A DNA stretch of 56,405 nt from Thermoproteota archaeon (GTDB lineage Archaea > Thermoproteota > EX4484-205 > JAAOZP01): contig JAVZMD010000001.1 of the NCBI GenBank assembly GCA_038883435.1, forward strand, positions 9,411-65,815, in the 5' to 3' direction. The position numbers and the translations under genes were made by a program. Shown piece by piece: positions 42,733-52,861 of the stretch. Below the pieces are notes generated by a model. It was not told the origin of the DNA. It made no database searches and saw only the letters and a program-made list of their open reading frames with translations. Each line of letters begins with the position of its first letter. Position 1 is the stretch's first letter.

Positions 42733-45429
42733 TTACTTCCTTCTAATTATAAATGGCAACGCTAATGCAACTACGGCGATTACTATGGCTACGATGGCGA
42801 TTGTCATTAATGTGTTTATAGTGCTGTTTAGCGAATTGACTGAAGTCTTTAATTCATTGATGGTTGACTGTAAGCCAGATATTTTAGCCTCATAGTCTGC
42901 CTTGGTTTTAGCCAGTTCACTGGCGACATATCCAGTTATACCTATGGCGACACTTGTTCCTTTTGCAGACATAGGCATTCCTACGAGTTTCGACACTGCG
43001 ATGGCGGATATACTTACCGTGGCCACAGGTACACTCTCAGAGGTTAATTTGGAAGTGTCTTCAGCAGTAAGCTTGATCCTCCACTCGCCGTCCCTAACAG
43101 GTTCTGCTACACCTACTAGAGTTGAAACGGGACTCTTAATGATGTATTTCACATACTGAATATTATCCACCGCATAAGGCTTTCCTTCGAATGTTACTGA
43201 AACGGGGATTTCAGCAGGTGAACCAGGCGTGATTGCAGGTATTGAAGCTAATCCGACTTCTGGGATCGCTGGTTTTGAAAACATTAGCCACTTATCAGCA
43301 TCATCCGGAAATTCTCTGAATGCCTTTAACACGACTATCCTTGCAGTTGTATCAACTTTATCTATGTAGAATGGCCCTATGCCAACAAGGAAGTGGCCCT
43401 TAGCATTATACCAATTCTTTAGATTATTGTACCTTTCTAAAGCCTCGTTTTTGCTGACATACTTGCCCAAAACGTTTTCATATGGAATAAACTTTTCTGC
43501 AATAGCCTGATCCAAGTATTTCTTAAGTATGGGGATTGATGGACCCGCTATGTAGCTTGCCCATTCTACTTTGAGCAGATCAGCTTTATCCATTGTGAAA
43601 CACAGTTCATTATTTGCCTCTGCCAGCCAACCGATTGCAATAGTATGCCAGAGCCCTGGGCCATACGCGTAGTCCACGAAGAAAGCTCCTGCAGCTGTTG
43701 CCGCGATCCATTCAGCATCTAGGTACACAGCATCGGAATAGTATTCTATAACCAAGGGGTTCTCGCTCACGATCCTGAACCCTTTGAAGTATTCTCTAAA
43801 AGCTTCAAAGGCAGGAACAGCGGATTCGTCGTATACTGGGCTCTTAGGATTAGCCCTGTCGAAAGTAAGTATGTATGCAAAAACGATGTCTGCCAACGAT
43901 AGCTTACTACCATCATGCGCCTTCATATTGAACAAGTTTTCATCATAGTAAACAACGGTCTTTGTCTTAGCAGTTGTTCCTGCAGGTGCATAGACTATCT
44001 CCTGTTTTTCAGCATCCCAGTCATACCATGCGTCAGTCGGCACAGTTATGCTGTCTACAAAGTTTAGTGAAACCCAGTCCAGAGTAACTCCTACTGGCAG
44101 GCCTTTCAAAACATATACTTCTGCATTTTTGACTCTTTGAGGCCAGTATAGACCTGTGAAGGGATCAGGCATTACTGCAGGATCTGAGGTAGCCCTGTAA
44201 TACATTGAGTCATATATCCAGTTGCTTCCACCAACCGGGTTAACAGGGTCAATGAACATATCTGAGGAAGCAATCTTAACAGATCCCCCAACTGTATCAC
44301 TGTATCTGATTGTGTAAGGCCACAGCCTAGCGCCTGAGAAGCCAGCTGCTAAGTCATATGTTAGTGAAACATCCTTCCTAGCAGGCCAAGGTGCTACTTG
44401 GCTTACCAGCCACACTCTCACAGAGTCCTTCATTGAAAGCTTTAATGCTTTAACCATCATTTCATCTCTCTCTTGGATACTGGTAAACTCTCTGTTCCAC
44501 AGTTTACCGGCAACGGAGTCAAACTCCGGATCAGGCTTGTATGCTTGCCACAGCGGGTCACCTCGTCCTCTTGACGTGTAGAAATAGCCGAAATTATCTG
44601 ACTCATCTCTGGAGACAACGGTCGTAATCCATCCTGCAGTGTATAAGTGCCATAGACCATCTTCAGGATTGCTTCCTATCCATATTGGAGAAGCCTCCCT
44701 ACTCCTCTTATATTGCCGGTCTACAGTGAAGCCTAGTTTCTCAAGCTGAGAAGAAACATAGTCACCTATTGCCCTCCTTTGATCCTCTATCCTAATAATG
44801 AATATCAATTTAACGGGCTCACCCTTATAGTACCATTTGCCACCTCTCATCTCTGCACCCAGTTTAATCATTTCCTCGGTAATTACTGTCTTCGCTTTTT
44901 CGAAGTTGTAACTATACTCCTCCTCGATCTCTAAAACAGTGTCTGCGTACCTAGCGTAGTCTGGGAAGGCGGGTGTAAGAGTAGTGTACTTTGGCACAGC
45001 CATTCCAGCCATTATCTCGTCACATATGTATCTTCTGTCAACCAGCCAGTTAACGGCTTCCCTTATGCGAGGAACGGAGAACGGGTTCAGCTTCCCGTTT
45101 TTGAATTCAGGTCCTGAAGGGTTGAAAGTTATTTCAAAGTAAAGCCCGTAGGATGTTACATACCACAGACTTGGTGAAGCTTTTATTCTACTGAACAACT
45201 CTGGATCAGTTATATCCCTGAAGTATACTTGCATTTCATTCTTTAGAAGCATGTCGACAACCTTCGCCTCATCTTCCTCTACGAAGAAGTCTATCTCGTC
45301 GACCCAGGGGCCTTTGGGGATTTCTTGAGCCACTACATTGCTTATGGGAAGGCTTGCGAGCAAGAACATCAAAAGTGTTAAAGTCAAGACGGTGGCTTTT
45401 AGCTTTCTTATCTCAAACATGCTTATCAC
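42733..45429 (-). CDS. Family-5 (Opp/Dpp-type) extracellular solute-binding protein, 898 aa, with C-terminal membrane anchor
   Basis: Sec-type signal peptide, an SBP_bac_5-like body, a C-terminal coiled segment and a TM helix (MTIAIVAIVIAVVALALPFIIRRK). It heads the ABC operon. Confidence 0.8.
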   Translation of the reverse strand: MISMFEIRKLKATVLTLTLLMFLLASLPISNVVAQEIPKGPWVDEIDFFVEEDEAKVVDMLLKNEMQVYFRDITDPELFSRIKASPSLWYVTSYGLYFEITFNPSGPEFKNGKLNPFSVPRIREAVNWLVDRRYICDEIMAGMAVPKYTTLTPAFPDYARYADTVLEIEEEYSYNFEKAKTVITEEMIKLGAEMRGGKWYYKGEPVKLIFIIRIEDQRRAIGDYVSSQLEKLGFTVDRQYKRSREASPIWIGSNPEDGLWHLYTAGWITTVVSRDESDNFGYFYTSRGRGDPLWQAYKPDPEFDSVAGKLWNREFTSIQERDEMMVKALKLSMKDSVRVWLVSQVAPWPARKDVSLTYDLAAGFSGARLWPYTIRYSDTVGGSVKIASSDMFIDPVNPVGGSNWIYDSMYYRATSDPAVMPDPFTGLYWPQRVKNAEVYVLKGLPVGVTLDWVSLNFVDSITVPTDAWYDWDAEKQEIVYAPAGTTAKTKTVVYYDENLFNMKAHDGSKLSLADIVFAYILTFDRANPKSPVYDESAVPAFEAFREYFKGFRIVSENPLVIEYYSDAVYLDAEWIAATAAGAFFVDYAYGPGLWHTIAIGWLAEANNELCFTMDKADLLKVEWASYIAGPSIPILKKYLDQAIAEKFIPYENVLGKYVSKNEALERYNNLKNWYNAKGHFLVGIGPFYIDKVDTTARIVVLKAFREFPDDADKWLMFSKPAIPEVGLASIPAITPGSPAEIPVSVTFEGKPYAVDNIQYVKYIIKSPVSTLVGVAEPVRDGEWRIKLTAEDTSKLTSESVPVATVSISAIAVSKLVGMPMSAKGTSVAIGITGYVASELAKTKADYEAKISGLQSTINELKTSVNSLNSTINTLMTIAIVAIVIAVVALALPFIIRRK

Positions 45430-45494
45430 CGCATCAGATTGTTGCCCAGTTGTTCTTTATAAATATTTGTCTAAAGAAAATATGAGCTACTTTA

Positions 45495-46358
45495 CTACGT
45501 TTGAAAAAGTCTTATTCTTAATGCTTCAAGTTGATTAATTTCTTTTCCAATGTATTCTGCAGCAGTAAGTAGAGCAACGCTAAGTTTCTCAGCTTCTTCA
45601 AAAACACTGTTAAAATGCATCTCCCAATCTAAATCTCTCAACAAATGATGATCTAGAATTATTGTGGAGGGGAAAGCTTCTCTTAATACCTTCAAAGTGT
45701 TTTTCAAACTTAATTCTAATGCTTCAAGAGGATAGTTTACACCCAGCATGTATGTTGAGGGGCCGTCTAAGAAGATTATATCTGGCTTCTTATCTATCAC
45801 GAATTTTGTTTGAGAATCAAGTGGGAATCCTTGTACATCACTCGTGTAGAGAAGGCTCTGGTAAGAATCCTTGACCCTCAGCTCTACCACGTAGCCAAGC
45901 TGGTCGTCGGGCCCATGGGGAACAGGATGGGAGAATTCTAGGCTCGTCCCACCGAATAGATATTCCTTTCCATCCGCAGTCAAGACTTGTGCTGCAATGG
46001 GCTTGATTTTTTCAAGAAAGATCCTTGCCCTAGTCTTCTGGCTGAAGTTTATCATGTTCTCAGGATCCTTGACTATTATTATTCTCCCACCGTAGATCTC
46101 TTCTAGAAATCTCGTTGAACTATGATGGTCATAATGATAATGCGTTACTACGATGACTTCACAATCCTTCGCTGCTGAAGCTATTTTCTTCCAATACTCT
46201 TCGAGGAGCTCAAGCTCCTTCTGGTGTGGTGGGAGGCCATATCTGCGAGGTGCAACGGCTGCAGCCGGGTCGATAATTAGCTTAAGGTCTCTGGTTTCAA
46301 CCATTGTCGCCATGCTTCTTACACCCATCGAGTCGGAGCACAGGGGCTCTATCTTCAA
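45495..46358 (-). CDS. Metallo-beta-lactamase-fold protein (UPF0282-like)
   Basis: VVTHYHYDHH motif. The 287-aa archaeal MBL architecture has a conserved N-terminal SDSMGVRSMAT. Confidence 0.7.
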   Translation of the reverse strand: MKIEPLCSDSMGVRSMATMVETRDLKLIIDPAAAVAPRRYGLPPHQKELELLEEYWKKIASAAKDCEVIVVTHYHYDHHSSTRFLEEIYGGRIIIVKDPENMINFSQKTRARIFLEKIKPIAAQVLTADGKEYLFGGTSLEFSHPVPHGPDDQLGYVVELRVKDSYQSLLYTSDVQGFPLDSQTKFVIDKKPDIIFLDGPSTYMLGVNYPLEALELSLKNTLKVLREAFPSTIILDHHLLRDLDWEMHFNSVFEEAEKLSVALLTAAEYIGKEINQLEALRIRLFQT

Positions 46359-46438
46359 CTGTATGTTCTGAATCTAGTTTATCGTGAAATAAAATTGTTT
46401 CTAAATAGAAGCTAGAGATGCCCTCTTATCAGTTTTAC

Positions 46439-46738
46439 CTACTCGATGCCCTTTATCCATTTCGAGAACTCTAGGGCTTTCTTTAAAATTCCCTTCTTAA
46501 CCAGTGAGCAGTAGACCTCTCTCCCTTTTTTAATGGTCTTAACTAAACCGGCGTTTTCAAGAATCCTTATATGGTATGATACGGTTGGTTGGGAAAGGTT
46601 GAATTTTTCAACTATGCTTGTTATCATCATGCTCTCGCTCTCTATTATGGAGAGTATTCTAAGCCGGGTTGGGTCTGCGAGAGCCTTAAACACTTTAGCT
46701 GCCTGCTTATATTCTTCATCCTCTTTTTTAACCGACAA
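46439..46738 (-). CDS. ArsR/SmtB-family wHTH transcriptional regulator
   Basis: FKALADPTRLRILSII...LSQPTVSYHIRILENAGLV. Confidence 0.8.
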   Translation of the reverse strand: MSVKKEDEEYKQAAKVFKALADPTRLRILSIIESESMMITSIVEKFNLSQPTVSYHIRILENAGLVKTIKKGREVYCSLVKKGILKKALEFSKWIKGIE

Positions 46739-46870
46739 TCCTATGTCATTAATAAAATTCTAGAGATTAATATATAAATCTTTTGGAAGGGGTTTGACAA
46801 ATAAAAAAGCCGTTAAAAGTATTGTTTGAAAATAAAAGTCTTAAGTTAAATATATTTTCAAATCTATTTT

Positions 46871-48298
46871 TCAACCTCGGGCGATTTCGTCTATTAGCTT
46901 GCCATCATGATCGTAAAGCTGAATCTTAATTGGCATTTCTCCTATAGCATGTGTTGCACAACTGAGACAAGGATCTAGAGCGCGTACAACGGCCTCAACC
47001 CTATTAAGCATCCCCTCGTTAAGCTTTTTCCCATTTACATATTTCTTAGCAACCTGGATTACAGCCTTATTAAAAGCAATATTGTTATTTACAGTTGCGA
47101 TTATTAGGTTGATCCATGTTATTCTCCCCTGCTCATCAACTTTGTAATGATGGAATAATGTTCCTCTTGGCGCCTCAATAACTCCAATGCCTTCCCTCCT
47201 GTTTAAAAAGGCCTTTGCTTGAACATTAGTATCTAGGATATCTGGATCTTCAAGTAATTCTCTAACCTTCTCGATGCAGAAGACAATTTCTATTAGACGT
47301 GCATAGTGATACATGAAGGTATTTTGAACGACACCATTCTTACCAAGCTTCTTGAACTCTTTAAGGAGACTGTCTGCTTTTTCTGTTCCGCAATGTGAAG
47401 CATTATTCAGCCTAGCTAATGGGCCTACTCTATATGCTCCATCGGGATAACCCACGTTCTTCAAATATGGGAACTTCATGTATGACCAGTCTTCAACAGC
47501 CTCGCCGATGTATTCGAAATATTTAGAAGGATCCAGTTGGTCTGCAACTATTTTACCATCAGGACTTAGGATCCTTATGTTACCATCGTAGTGCTCGAGC
47601 CCACCATTGCTTGTCACTAGGCTCATGTAATACGTTGGAAAGTCGCCGAAGTCTTTCATGTCGTTCTTGAAGCTCTCAATATTTTTCCTGAAAAGCTCAA
47701 TACTATTTAGAGCAATTTCAATAGCCTTGGGTACGTCGGCAAGTATCTTATCAGCCTTATCTTTCGATAATGGGGTTTTAACCCCACCTGGTACTATCCA
47801 ATCGCTTGAATGTATCCTTCTTCCAGAGAGGGCTTCGATTATGCCTTGTCCAAACTTCCTAAGCCATACTCCCTGTTTAGCAATCTCAGGATATTTCTCG
47901 GCAAGCCCAAGGATATTTCTCTTGGAGGGTTCAGAATCCATGCCGAGTAGAAAATCTGGAGAGGAGAGGTAGAAGAAGCTTAACGCGTGCGACTGTATTA
48001 TCTGACCCATATGCATAAGCCTGCGGAGAAGCTCTGCGGCACGTGGTATTTCCACCGCGACAAGTTCGTCGCAAGCCTTTGCTGAAGCAAGCAGGTGGCT
48101 TACCGGACATATACCGCATATCCTGGACGTTATCCCGGGCATCTCGTAAAAGGGTCTGCCCTCGCAGAATTTCTCAAAACCTCTGAAATCTGTCACGTGG
48201 AAACGCGCGTCTTTAACAGCATCTTTCTCATCCAAATATATGGTTATCTTAGCATGTCCCTCTATCCTCGTCACAGGGTTTACAATTATTTCCCTCAT
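46871..48298 (-). CDS. hoxH: [NiFe] hydrogenase large subunit, NAD(P)-linked bidirectional (HoxH-like, group 3d-like)
   Basis: N-terminal VTRIEGH, L1 RICGICPVSH, C-terminal DPCLSCATH followed by a 23-aa extension (protease substrate). Operon context with NuoE/F/G-like diaphorase genes. Confidence 0.85.
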   Translation of the reverse strand: MREIIVNPVTRIEGHAKITIYLDEKDAVKDARFHVTDFRGFEKFCEGRPFYEMPGITSRICGICPVSHLLASAKACDELVAVEIPRAAELLRRLMHMGQIIQSHALSFFYLSSPDFLLGMDSEPSKRNILGLAEKYPEIAKQGVWLRKFGQGIIEALSGRRIHSSDWIVPGGVKTPLSKDKADKILADVPKAIEIALNSIELFRKNIESFKNDMKDFGDFPTYYMSLVTSNGGLEHYDGNIRILSPDGKIVADQLDPSKYFEYIGEAVEDWSYMKFPYLKNVGYPDGAYRVGPLARLNNASHCGTEKADSLLKEFKKLGKNGVVQNTFMYHYARLIEIVFCIEKVRELLEDPDILDTNVQAKAFLNRREGIGVIEAPRGTLFHHYKVDEQGRITWINLIIATVNNNIAFNKAVIQVAKKYVNGKKLNEGMLNRVEAVVRALDPCLSCATHAIGEMPIKIQLYDHDGKLIDEIARG

Positions 48299-48313
48299 CT
48301 CTCAAAACCTCCT

Positions 48314-48859
48314 CTAACCATATTTGAACTTCCCCTCTAAAACAGGGGTCCTACCTTCCAATAATTCATTTAACACATGGTTTATCAAGCCTGCGGACGG
48401 TGGACAGCCCGGTATGTAAAAATCTACTTTAACTGCCTCGTTTAATGCAAGGGCTTTTTCGATAAGTCTAGGAACTTGTGAGGGGGCTTTTTGATTGATT
48501 GCGGCGTTATCAACATAGGCTCTTCTCAAAATCTCTCCGCTACTATTGTTTAAAACATTTCTCAAAGCCGTAACGTTACCATTTACGGCACAGTCTCCAA
48601 AAGCCACAAGTATCTTAGTTTTCTTTCTGATTTCCTTCAATAATTCTAGCTGCTCTTCGTTTCCAACTGCCCCTTCAACAAGCGTTATGTCAACGTTCTC
48701 GGGGAAATCCTTAATGTCCGCGATGGGACTGTAGACAAGCTCAATCCTATCCGCAAGTTCTAATAGTTTTTCATCTTGATCTAGGAACGACATGTGGCAA
48801 CCTGAGCAGCCGCTTAACCAGACTGTTGCAAGCCTTACCTTAGCCAACCGTCTTCTCAC
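48314..48859 (-). CDS. hoxY: [NiFe] hydrogenase small subunit (HoxY-like)
   Basis: VWLSGCSGCHMSF proximal-cluster motif, GDCA, PGCPP. Short (181 aa), as in group 3 small subunits. Confidence 0.85.
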   Translation of the reverse strand: MRRRLAKVRLATVWLSGCSGCHMSFLDQDEKLLELADRIELVYSPIADIKDFPENVDITLVEGAVGNEEQLELLKEIRKKTKILVAFGDCAVNGNVTALRNVLNNSSGEILRRAYVDNAAINQKAPSQVPRLIEKALALNEAVKVDFYIPGCPPSAGLINHVLNELLEGRTPVLEGKFKYG

Positions 48860-49544
48860 CTCTTCTATTAACTATGAATGAAGCGAGTTCTTTCCTCTTA
48901 GCTTCTGAATGCGGCTTGCCCTTAACGTATAATGAGCCCACTGGGCAGACAGAAGAGCATTTTCCACAAGATGTGCACGACTCGGCAAAGCCCCATTTAT
49001 CGTCGAGGTCGAAAATCACTTTAGAGTTCTTTCCTCTGAGCATGAGGTCTATAGTGTGCACGCCCTCAACCTCGTCGCAAACCCTTACGCAACGCGTGCA
49101 AAGTATGCATCTATTGGGGTCGTAGGCAAACCTCTCATGCGTAAGGTCTAATTCGTAATTGGTCCACTCCCTTTCAACCCTGAGATGGTCAACCCCAAGC
49201 TCGGTTGCAAGCTGCTGGAGTTCGCAGCTCCCATTGGCTACGCAGACCGAGCAGACATGCGGCCTCTCTGAGAGTAGTAGTTCTATAGCCCATTTTCGAT
49301 ATCGTCTAAGCCTCTCCGAGTTGATAATAACTTCCATGCCTTCTGCGACTGGTGTAACACAGGAAGCGAATATCCTTGGAGAGCCCTTTATCTCGACGAC
49401 GCAGACCCTGCATCCTCCGAATGATGAAACACCCTCAAGATAGCATAGTGCTGGGATGTATATGTTGTTTTCCCTAGCGATCTTAAGTATGGTGTCACCT
49501 TCCTTAGCAACAACCTTCTTACCGTCTATTGTAAGCTCTATCAT
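48840..49544 (-). CDS. hoxU: Diaphorase Fe-S subunit (HoxU/NuoG N-terminal-like; 2Fe-2S plus 4Fe-4S clusters)
   Basis: MIELTIDGKKVVAKEGDTIL...CYLEGVSSFGGCRVC (2Fe-2S), HPHVCSVC-type and CILCTRCVRVC, CTSCGKCSSVCP. I moved the start to ATG 49544 (MIELTIDG), 1 nt from the hoxF stop. The track start overlaps hoxF by 77 nt. Confidence 0.8.
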   Translation of the reverse strand: MIELTIDGKKVVAKEGDTILKIARENNIYIPALCYLEGVSSFGGCRVCVVEIKGSPRIFASCVTPVAEGMEVIINSERLRRYRKWAIELLLSERPHVCSVCVANGSCELQQLATELGVDHLRVEREWTNYELDLTHERFAYDPNRCILCTRCVRVCDEVEGVHTIDLMLRGKNSKVIFDLDDKWGFAESCTSCGKCSSVCPVGSLYVKGKPHSEAKRKELASFIVNRRGEKTVG

Positions 49545-49545
49545 T

Positions 49546-51198
49546 TTACTCAACTCCCGCTCCTCCCCTATTCTTAAAACACTTTCCCGCACTACACTTT
49601 TTCTCAACGATATGTGCAACATACTCGTCTCTGAAGTACTTTAGCGTAGTAAGCGTTGGATTAGGTGCTGTCTGGCCTAGGCCGCATAAGCTGGCTTCTT
49701 TAATGAATTCACAAAGCTCCTCTAATTTCTGAAAATCATCTGCAGTGCCTTCTCCTCGAGTAAAGCCGTCGAGAATCTTGTAAAGCTTGTAAAGTCCTAC
49801 TCTACAGGGTACGCATTTTCCACATGATTCATCTACACAGAATTCCGTGAAGAACTTTGCTGTGTCAACCATGCAGGAAGTATCGTCTAGAACAACTATT
49901 CCCCCGGAGCCCATTATTGCACCAACCTTAGTTAGAGACTCGTAGTCTATAGGAAGGTCTAAGAGCTGCTCCGGCAGAAAGCCTCCGGAGGGACCGCCGA
50001 CTTGAACTGCCTTAAACCTTCTGCCTGGTGGAACACCTCCTCCTATTTCAAAAACAACCTCTCTAAGTGTTATTCCCATCGGGACCTCGATTAGTCCTGG
50101 GTTGTTAACCTTGCCCGTTAGAGAAAAACACTTAGTGCCAGTGCAGTTCTTAGCCCCTATGCTTGCGAACCATTCACTGCCCTTAAGCAATATTACTGGA
50201 ACATTTGCAAGTGTTTCAACATTGTTTATCAAAGTCGGCTTACCCCATAGTCCTGATTGCGCCGGATAGGGTGGTCTAGGTCTAGGCATTGCCCTACGTC
50301 CTTCGATTGAGGCAAGTATCGCTGTTTCCTCACCTGCTACGAATGCTCCAGCTCCGAGTCTAAGCTCGATGTCGAAGCTAAAGGTTGTTTCGAAAATCTT
50401 TTCTCCCAGGAGGCCCATCGACCTTGCTGCTTCAATAGCTTTCTTCAAAGTCTCAACCGCCAGGGGGTATTCACTACGAACGTAGATGTAGCCCTTGCTC
50501 GCGCCTACAGCGTAAGCGGCTATAGTCATCCCCTCTATTATTGCATGCGGGTCTGCTTCTGCCAGAGTGCGGTTTGCAAAAACACCTGGGTCGCCCTCAT
50601 CGAGGTTAGCTATAACGTATTTCGGAGAGCCTGTTGCCCTTGCAACATATCTCCATTTAAGCCCAGTTAGGAATCCTGCTCCACCCCTCCCCTTCAAACC
50701 ACTTAAAGCAACCTCCTCTATCACACCTTCCGGAGTCATTCTCGTTAAAGCCTTTAAAAGAGCGTAATAACCGCCTACAGCAATATAATCCTCTATTCTT
50801 AAAGGGTCTATCTTACCAGCGTTCCTTAAAACTATCCTAAGCTGCTTTTTGAAATATGCCTCATTGCCATATAGCATGCTTTTAACAGGCCTGCCGTTAA
50901 CAACATGCTCCTTAACTATCTCCCTAACCTTATCTGGAGTTACATTCTGATACAGATAGTCGCCAGGTTCAACCAAGACTGCGGGGGCTATGGAGCATGT
51001 TCCTATACAGCCCGTCCTAGCTACGTAGCATTCTTCCTCAACTCCAAACTCCTTTACAGCATCCTTGAAAGCACTGAGTACTTTTAGAGCTCCGAAAGGC
51101 ATGCAGCCACTTGAGCAGCAGACGTTTATCCTATACCTGTAGGACTTCCGTATCTCTGTCTCTTTCTGGGCTAGGCTACGTAATTCATCTGGCTTCAT
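49546..51198 (-). CDS. hoxF: Diaphorase NAD(P)H/FMN subunit (HoxF/NuoF-like) with N-terminal thioredoxin-like 2Fe-2S domain
   Basis: GRGGAGFLTGLKW (FMN), NLDEGDPG, ESCGKCVPCR (N3 cluster). The N-terminal about 100 aa carry CCSSGC...CIGTC, as in HndC/HydB-type fusions. Confidence 0.85.
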   Translation of the reverse strand: MKPDELRSLAQKETEIRKSYRYRINVCCSSGCMPFGALKVLSAFKDAVKEFGVEEECYVARTGCIGTCSIAPAVLVEPGDYLYQNVTPDKVREIVKEHVVNGRPVKSMLYGNEAYFKKQLRIVLRNAGKIDPLRIEDYIAVGGYYALLKALTRMTPEGVIEEVALSGLKGRGGAGFLTGLKWRYVARATGSPKYVIANLDEGDPGVFANRTLAEADPHAIIEGMTIAAYAVGASKGYIYVRSEYPLAVETLKKAIEAARSMGLLGEKIFETTFSFDIELRLGAGAFVAGEETAILASIEGRRAMPRPRPPYPAQSGLWGKPTLINNVETLANVPVILLKGSEWFASIGAKNCTGTKCFSLTGKVNNPGLIEVPMGITLREVVFEIGGGVPPGRRFKAVQVGGPSGGFLPEQLLDLPIDYESLTKVGAIMGSGGIVVLDDTSCMVDTAKFFTEFCVDESCGKCVPCRVGLYKLYKILDGFTRGEGTADDFQKLEELCEFIKEASLCGLGQTAPNPTLTTLKYFRDEYVAHIVEKKCSAGKCFKNRGGAGVE

Positions 51199-51703
51199 CC
51201 TTCTCAGCCTCCATAACGGATCTGATCTTCTTCAAAACCTCTTCTGGCGTGGCCTTCCCAACCGTTTCCCCATCGACAATCGCATTTGGCGCCATTGCGC
51301 ATGCTCCTATGCACCTGGTTACGAAGAGAGACAGTTTCCCATCGGCAGTTGTTCCACCTCTTTTAATGTTAAACTCCTTCTCTATTGCTGAAACGAGGTC
51401 TTCAGCACCCTTAACATAACAAGCTGTACCCATGCATACCGTGACAACATGTGTACCGGGCTTCTTCAACTTGAAAAGATTGTAGAAAGTCGCCACGCCG
51501 TAAACATGGCTAGGAGGCAAGCGTAGAAGCTTAGAAATATGGGTTAAGAGGTCTCTGTCTAAATAACCATAGAGCTCTTGAGCTGTATGAAGTATTTCAA
51601 GCAGAGCATCCTTCTTATACTGATGTTTCTTGATCGCTGCTTCAAGAAGCATTAAACGCCTGTCTACCTTTAAACCGGTTTGCTGAGCCGCAACATCAGG
51701 CAT
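51185..51703 (-). CDS. hoxE: Diaphorase 2Fe-2S subunit (HoxE/NuoE-like)
   Basis: VCMGTACYVKG...RCIGACAMAP four-Cys thioredoxin-like ferredoxin pattern. 14-nt overlap with hoxF. Confidence 0.8.
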   Translation of the reverse strand: MPDVAAQQTGLKVDRRLMLLEAAIKKHQYKKDALLEILHTAQELYGYLDRDLLTHISKLLRLPPSHVYGVATFYNLFKLKKPGTHVVTVCMGTACYVKGAEDLVSAIEKEFNIKRGGTTADGKLSLFVTRCIGACAMAPNAIVDGETVGKATPEEVLKKIRSVMEAEKDEAR

Positions 51704-51832
51704 TTCACAGCCCTCAGACCCATGAGTTAATCGTATTTAAGAATTTGCTTTCCATATTCCTTAAAGCAGGGCTCCAGGCTCAAGTACAAAAGGTTTATAA
51801 AAAAGACGGTTGCGACTCTTTGGGGCTGGAAA
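51704..51832. promoter_or_regulatory. 129-nt divergent promoter region between the two hydrogenase operons
   Basis: tttataaaaa at 51794-51803 lies about 35 nt upstream of the hydB ATG (51833). ttaaatac on the minus strand (about 51733-51740) lies about 33 nt upstream of the hoxE ATG (51703). Confidence 0.5.
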
Positions 51833-52861
51833 ATGGCATTTGTATTGAAGAAGGAAGAGCTCTCCCACTTTTCTAGACATTTAATATCCAAAGGCTATAG
51901 CCTCTTCGCACCCGTTAAGGGAGAATATCGAAATACCTTCAAGAAGATAGGTGAGAACCATGTCGAGGAGGTTTCACTGGATTATGTCAGAACCACAATG
52001 CCTCCTTTAAAAACTCTCTTAATACCTCCTAAGGAAACAATGCTGAGGATTAGAAACGGGAAAATCGAGGAAGTGCTTCCCGATCCCGAGGACAAGACTG
52101 CAGTACTTGGTGTCCACCCTTGCGATGTTAACGCAATGAGCCTGCTTGAAAGAGTATACATGGATCGCCCTGAGGATCCTTACTTCAAAGCCAGGAGGAA
52201 AAACCTCCTTATAATAGCTTTAAACTGTAAGAATGCAGATGAATATTGTTTCTGCACGTCTCTGGGAACAGGTCCTTCTTTGGAAGAGAGTTTCGACATT
52301 CTCCTCACCGACTTAGGCGATAAGTTTCTTATGGAGGTTGGTTCGAGAAAGGGCTCTGAACTCGTAGGAGACTTCTACATGCCAAAAGCTTCGAGCACAG
52401 ACCTTGTGGAAAAGGATGAGACAATAAGAAGAGTAAAGGGGATGATAAGGAGGCACGTTAACACTGCGGGGCTCCAAAGGATAATGAATGGGGCGCTCTA
52501 CAACCCCGTTTGGAACGAGCTTTCAGGCAAATGCACTGGTTGCGGGGCCTGCAACATGGTCTGCCCAACATGCTTCTGCTTTAACGTTGTTGACGAGCCT
52601 GAGCTGGATTCAGGCAGCATTTTAAGGTCGAGGACATGGGACGGTTGCCTCCTCTGGGAATATGCCGAAGTAGCACTCGGTGGGAACTTTAGGAGGGACC
52701 TTTCCGCTAGGATAAGGCAATTCGTGAATCATAAGATGAACTATTGGTTGAACCAGTATGGTGCGTTAGGATGCGTAGGCTGCGGTAGATGCATAGAGCA
52801 GTGCCCGGCGAAGATAGATATTACTAATATAGTTGCTAGATTAAGAGGTGAGTTGTTATGA
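51833..52861 (+). CDS. hydB: Sulfhydrogenase beta subunit (AsrA-like 4Fe-4S protein)
   Basis: CTGCGACNMVCPTCFC and CVGCGRCIEQCP motifs. First gene of a B-G-D-A order operon, as in Pyrococcus sulfhydrogenase. Confidence 0.8.
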   Translation: MAFVLKKEELSHFSRHLISKGYSLFAPVKGEYRNTFKKIGENHVEEVSLDYVRTTMPPLKTLLIPPKETMLRIRNGKIEEVLPDPEDKTAVLGVHPCDVNAMSLLERVYMDRPEDPYFKARRKNLLIIALNCKNADEYCFCTSLGTGPSLEESFDILLTDLGDKFLMEVGSRKGSELVGDFYMPKASSTDLVEKDETIRRVKGMIRRHVNTAGLQRIMNGALYNPVWNELSGKCTGCGACNMVCPTCFCFNVVDEPELDSGSILRSRTWDGCLLWEYAEVALGGNFRRDLSARIRQFVNHKMNYWLNQYGALGCVGCGRCIEQCPAKIDITNIVARLRGELL